Source of the DNA: Azospirillum sp. CAG:239
Lineage (GTDB): Bacteria > Bacteroidota > Bacteroidia > Bacteroidales > Paludibacteraceae
NCBI GenBank assembly: GCA_963619585.1
Contig: CAVEXR010000032.1
Location: 1-23,620 of the forward strand
Length of the DNA: 23,620 nt
Direction of reading: 5' to 3'
This document shows positions 23,148-23,620 of the stretch, one piece after another. The notes below the pieces were generated by a model. That model was given only the letters and a program-made list of their open reading frames with translations, was not told where the DNA came from and did no database searches. The position numbers were made by a program, and so were the translations under genes. The first letter of the stretch is position 1. Every line of letters begins with the position of its first letter.

Positions 23148-23620
23148 TTAAAACGGTAATTTATCTTCGTTCGGTTGTTCTTGCGGCACTGCGGGCATAG
23201 GCTGCATTTGCGCGACTGCTTGCAGCGGCTCTGGCTCGTTGAGGTCGTCAAACATAGAACTGCTTGCCTCTTCTATGATACATACGCCATTCGCCCAATA
23301 GCCACTTGCCTCTTTGAGCGAGGCATCTCCATGCAGGGTGTTGTAGTTGATAGCCACTTTGAACCGCTTGCCGTCGAGTTCCTCGTTGGCGGGTTTGGGT
23401 TGCTCTACGAACTTGCCCTCCTCATTCTTGCCGAACCACTTGCAGCGTGAACCGATTTTGAAACGAACTGCGCAAGCCTTTGTGCCGTCTTTCTTTTCAA
23501 AGACTTTGGCGAACTCCGAAAAGTCAGCGGGTAGGTCTTCGGTTGTGAATACTTGTTGGAATTCAATCGTAGCGCCTTCGGCTTTGATATTCCAATCCTT
23601 CCGTTCTTTTTTTGCGTTGT
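23148..23620 (-). CDS. Single-stranded-DNA-binding-like protein (T7 gp2.5/DUF2815-like pattern) with an acidic ...DKLPF tail; the N-terminus lies beyond the window end
   Basis: The track lists only 23148..23357, starting from a GTG. My hand translation shows the frame open up to 23618 (NAKKERKDWNIKAEGATIEFQQVF...). The C-terminus is PQEQPNEDKLPF, an acidic tail ending in an aromatic residue as in bacterial SSB (..DDDIPF) and T7 gp2.5 (..DGDF). The position at the head of the replication module fits. Confidence 0.5.
   Translation of the reverse strand, partial: NAKKERKDWNIKAEGATIEFQQVFTTEDLPADFSEFAKVFEKKDGTKACAVRFKIGSRCKWFGKNEEGKFVEQPKPANEELDGKRFKVAINYNTLHGDASLKEASGYWANGVCIIEEASSSMFDDLNEPEPLQAVAQMQPMPAVPQEQPNEDKLPF

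Noticed and set aside
401-23450. All plus-strand ORFs in the track (for example 2650..3102, 4310..4933, 5143..5688, 7987..8565, 10943..11257, 13131..13475, 19976..20329, 23175..23450)
   Set aside because: Each lies antisense within a longer minus-strand gene that has recognisable motifs or operon-consistent start/stop junctions. Their translations are low-complexity or Ser/Arg/Leu-biased, as expected of shadow ORFs. None has its own intergenic context.
1-23620. Stop-codon reassignment (TAG or TGA recoding, as in some gut phages)
   Set aside because: All long minus-strand genes are intact under the standard code. All three stop codons (TAA, TAG, TGA) terminate genes at operon-consistent junctions.

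Overview
The window is one tightly packed segment of a tailed dsDNA phage or prophage, with every credible gene on the minus strand. In transcription order (high to low coordinates) it holds three blocks. (1) A replication and DNA-metabolism module: an SSB-like protein cut by the window edge, a small ORF, a Zn-ribbon/Toprim primase, a P-loop VirE/D5-like helicase, an SNF2-family helicase, a Dam-like N6-adenine methyltransferase, a PLD/HKD-like protein and a VRR-NUC nuclease. (2) A 393-bp AT-rich non-coding hub, then two adjacent small ORFs resembling sigma-70 region 2 and region 4, a CxxC membrane protein and one unknown ORF. (3) Packaging and virion genes: TerS, TerL, a gp10-like neck protein, a gene with a candidate -1 frameshift, two very large structural proteins, a tape-measure-like protein, an XkdF-like protease, an acidic scaffold, the major capsid protein, two small genes, the first bracketed by two terminators, the portal, a connector-like protein, and a BspA/DUF285-repeat adhesin that runs off the window start. 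I recognised no tRNA, rRNA, CRISPR array, integrase or reverse transcriptase. All functional calls come from motifs read by eye in the supplied translations and my own hand translations; nothing was searched against a database. The plus-strand ORFs in the track look like antisense shadows, and several track ORFs start at upstream TTG/GTG codons, so I trimmed them to the ATG that abuts the upstream stop. The observations most worth follow-up are: a U9 slippery run with a 116-codon open -1 frame that fills the only real gap in the late operon; a 14 x 9-bp in-frame repeat inside the methyltransferase target-recognition region; a split sigma-like gene pair together with a 22-nt AT-rich motif conserved 21/22 upstream of two late genes; two copies of a ~70-bp quasi-palindromic intergenic element; a non-coding hub with about eight TTTATAA(A) palindromes and a 30-nt alternating pyrimidine-purine tract; and a shared VPQ...D.LPF C-terminal tail on the SSB-like protein and the helicase.
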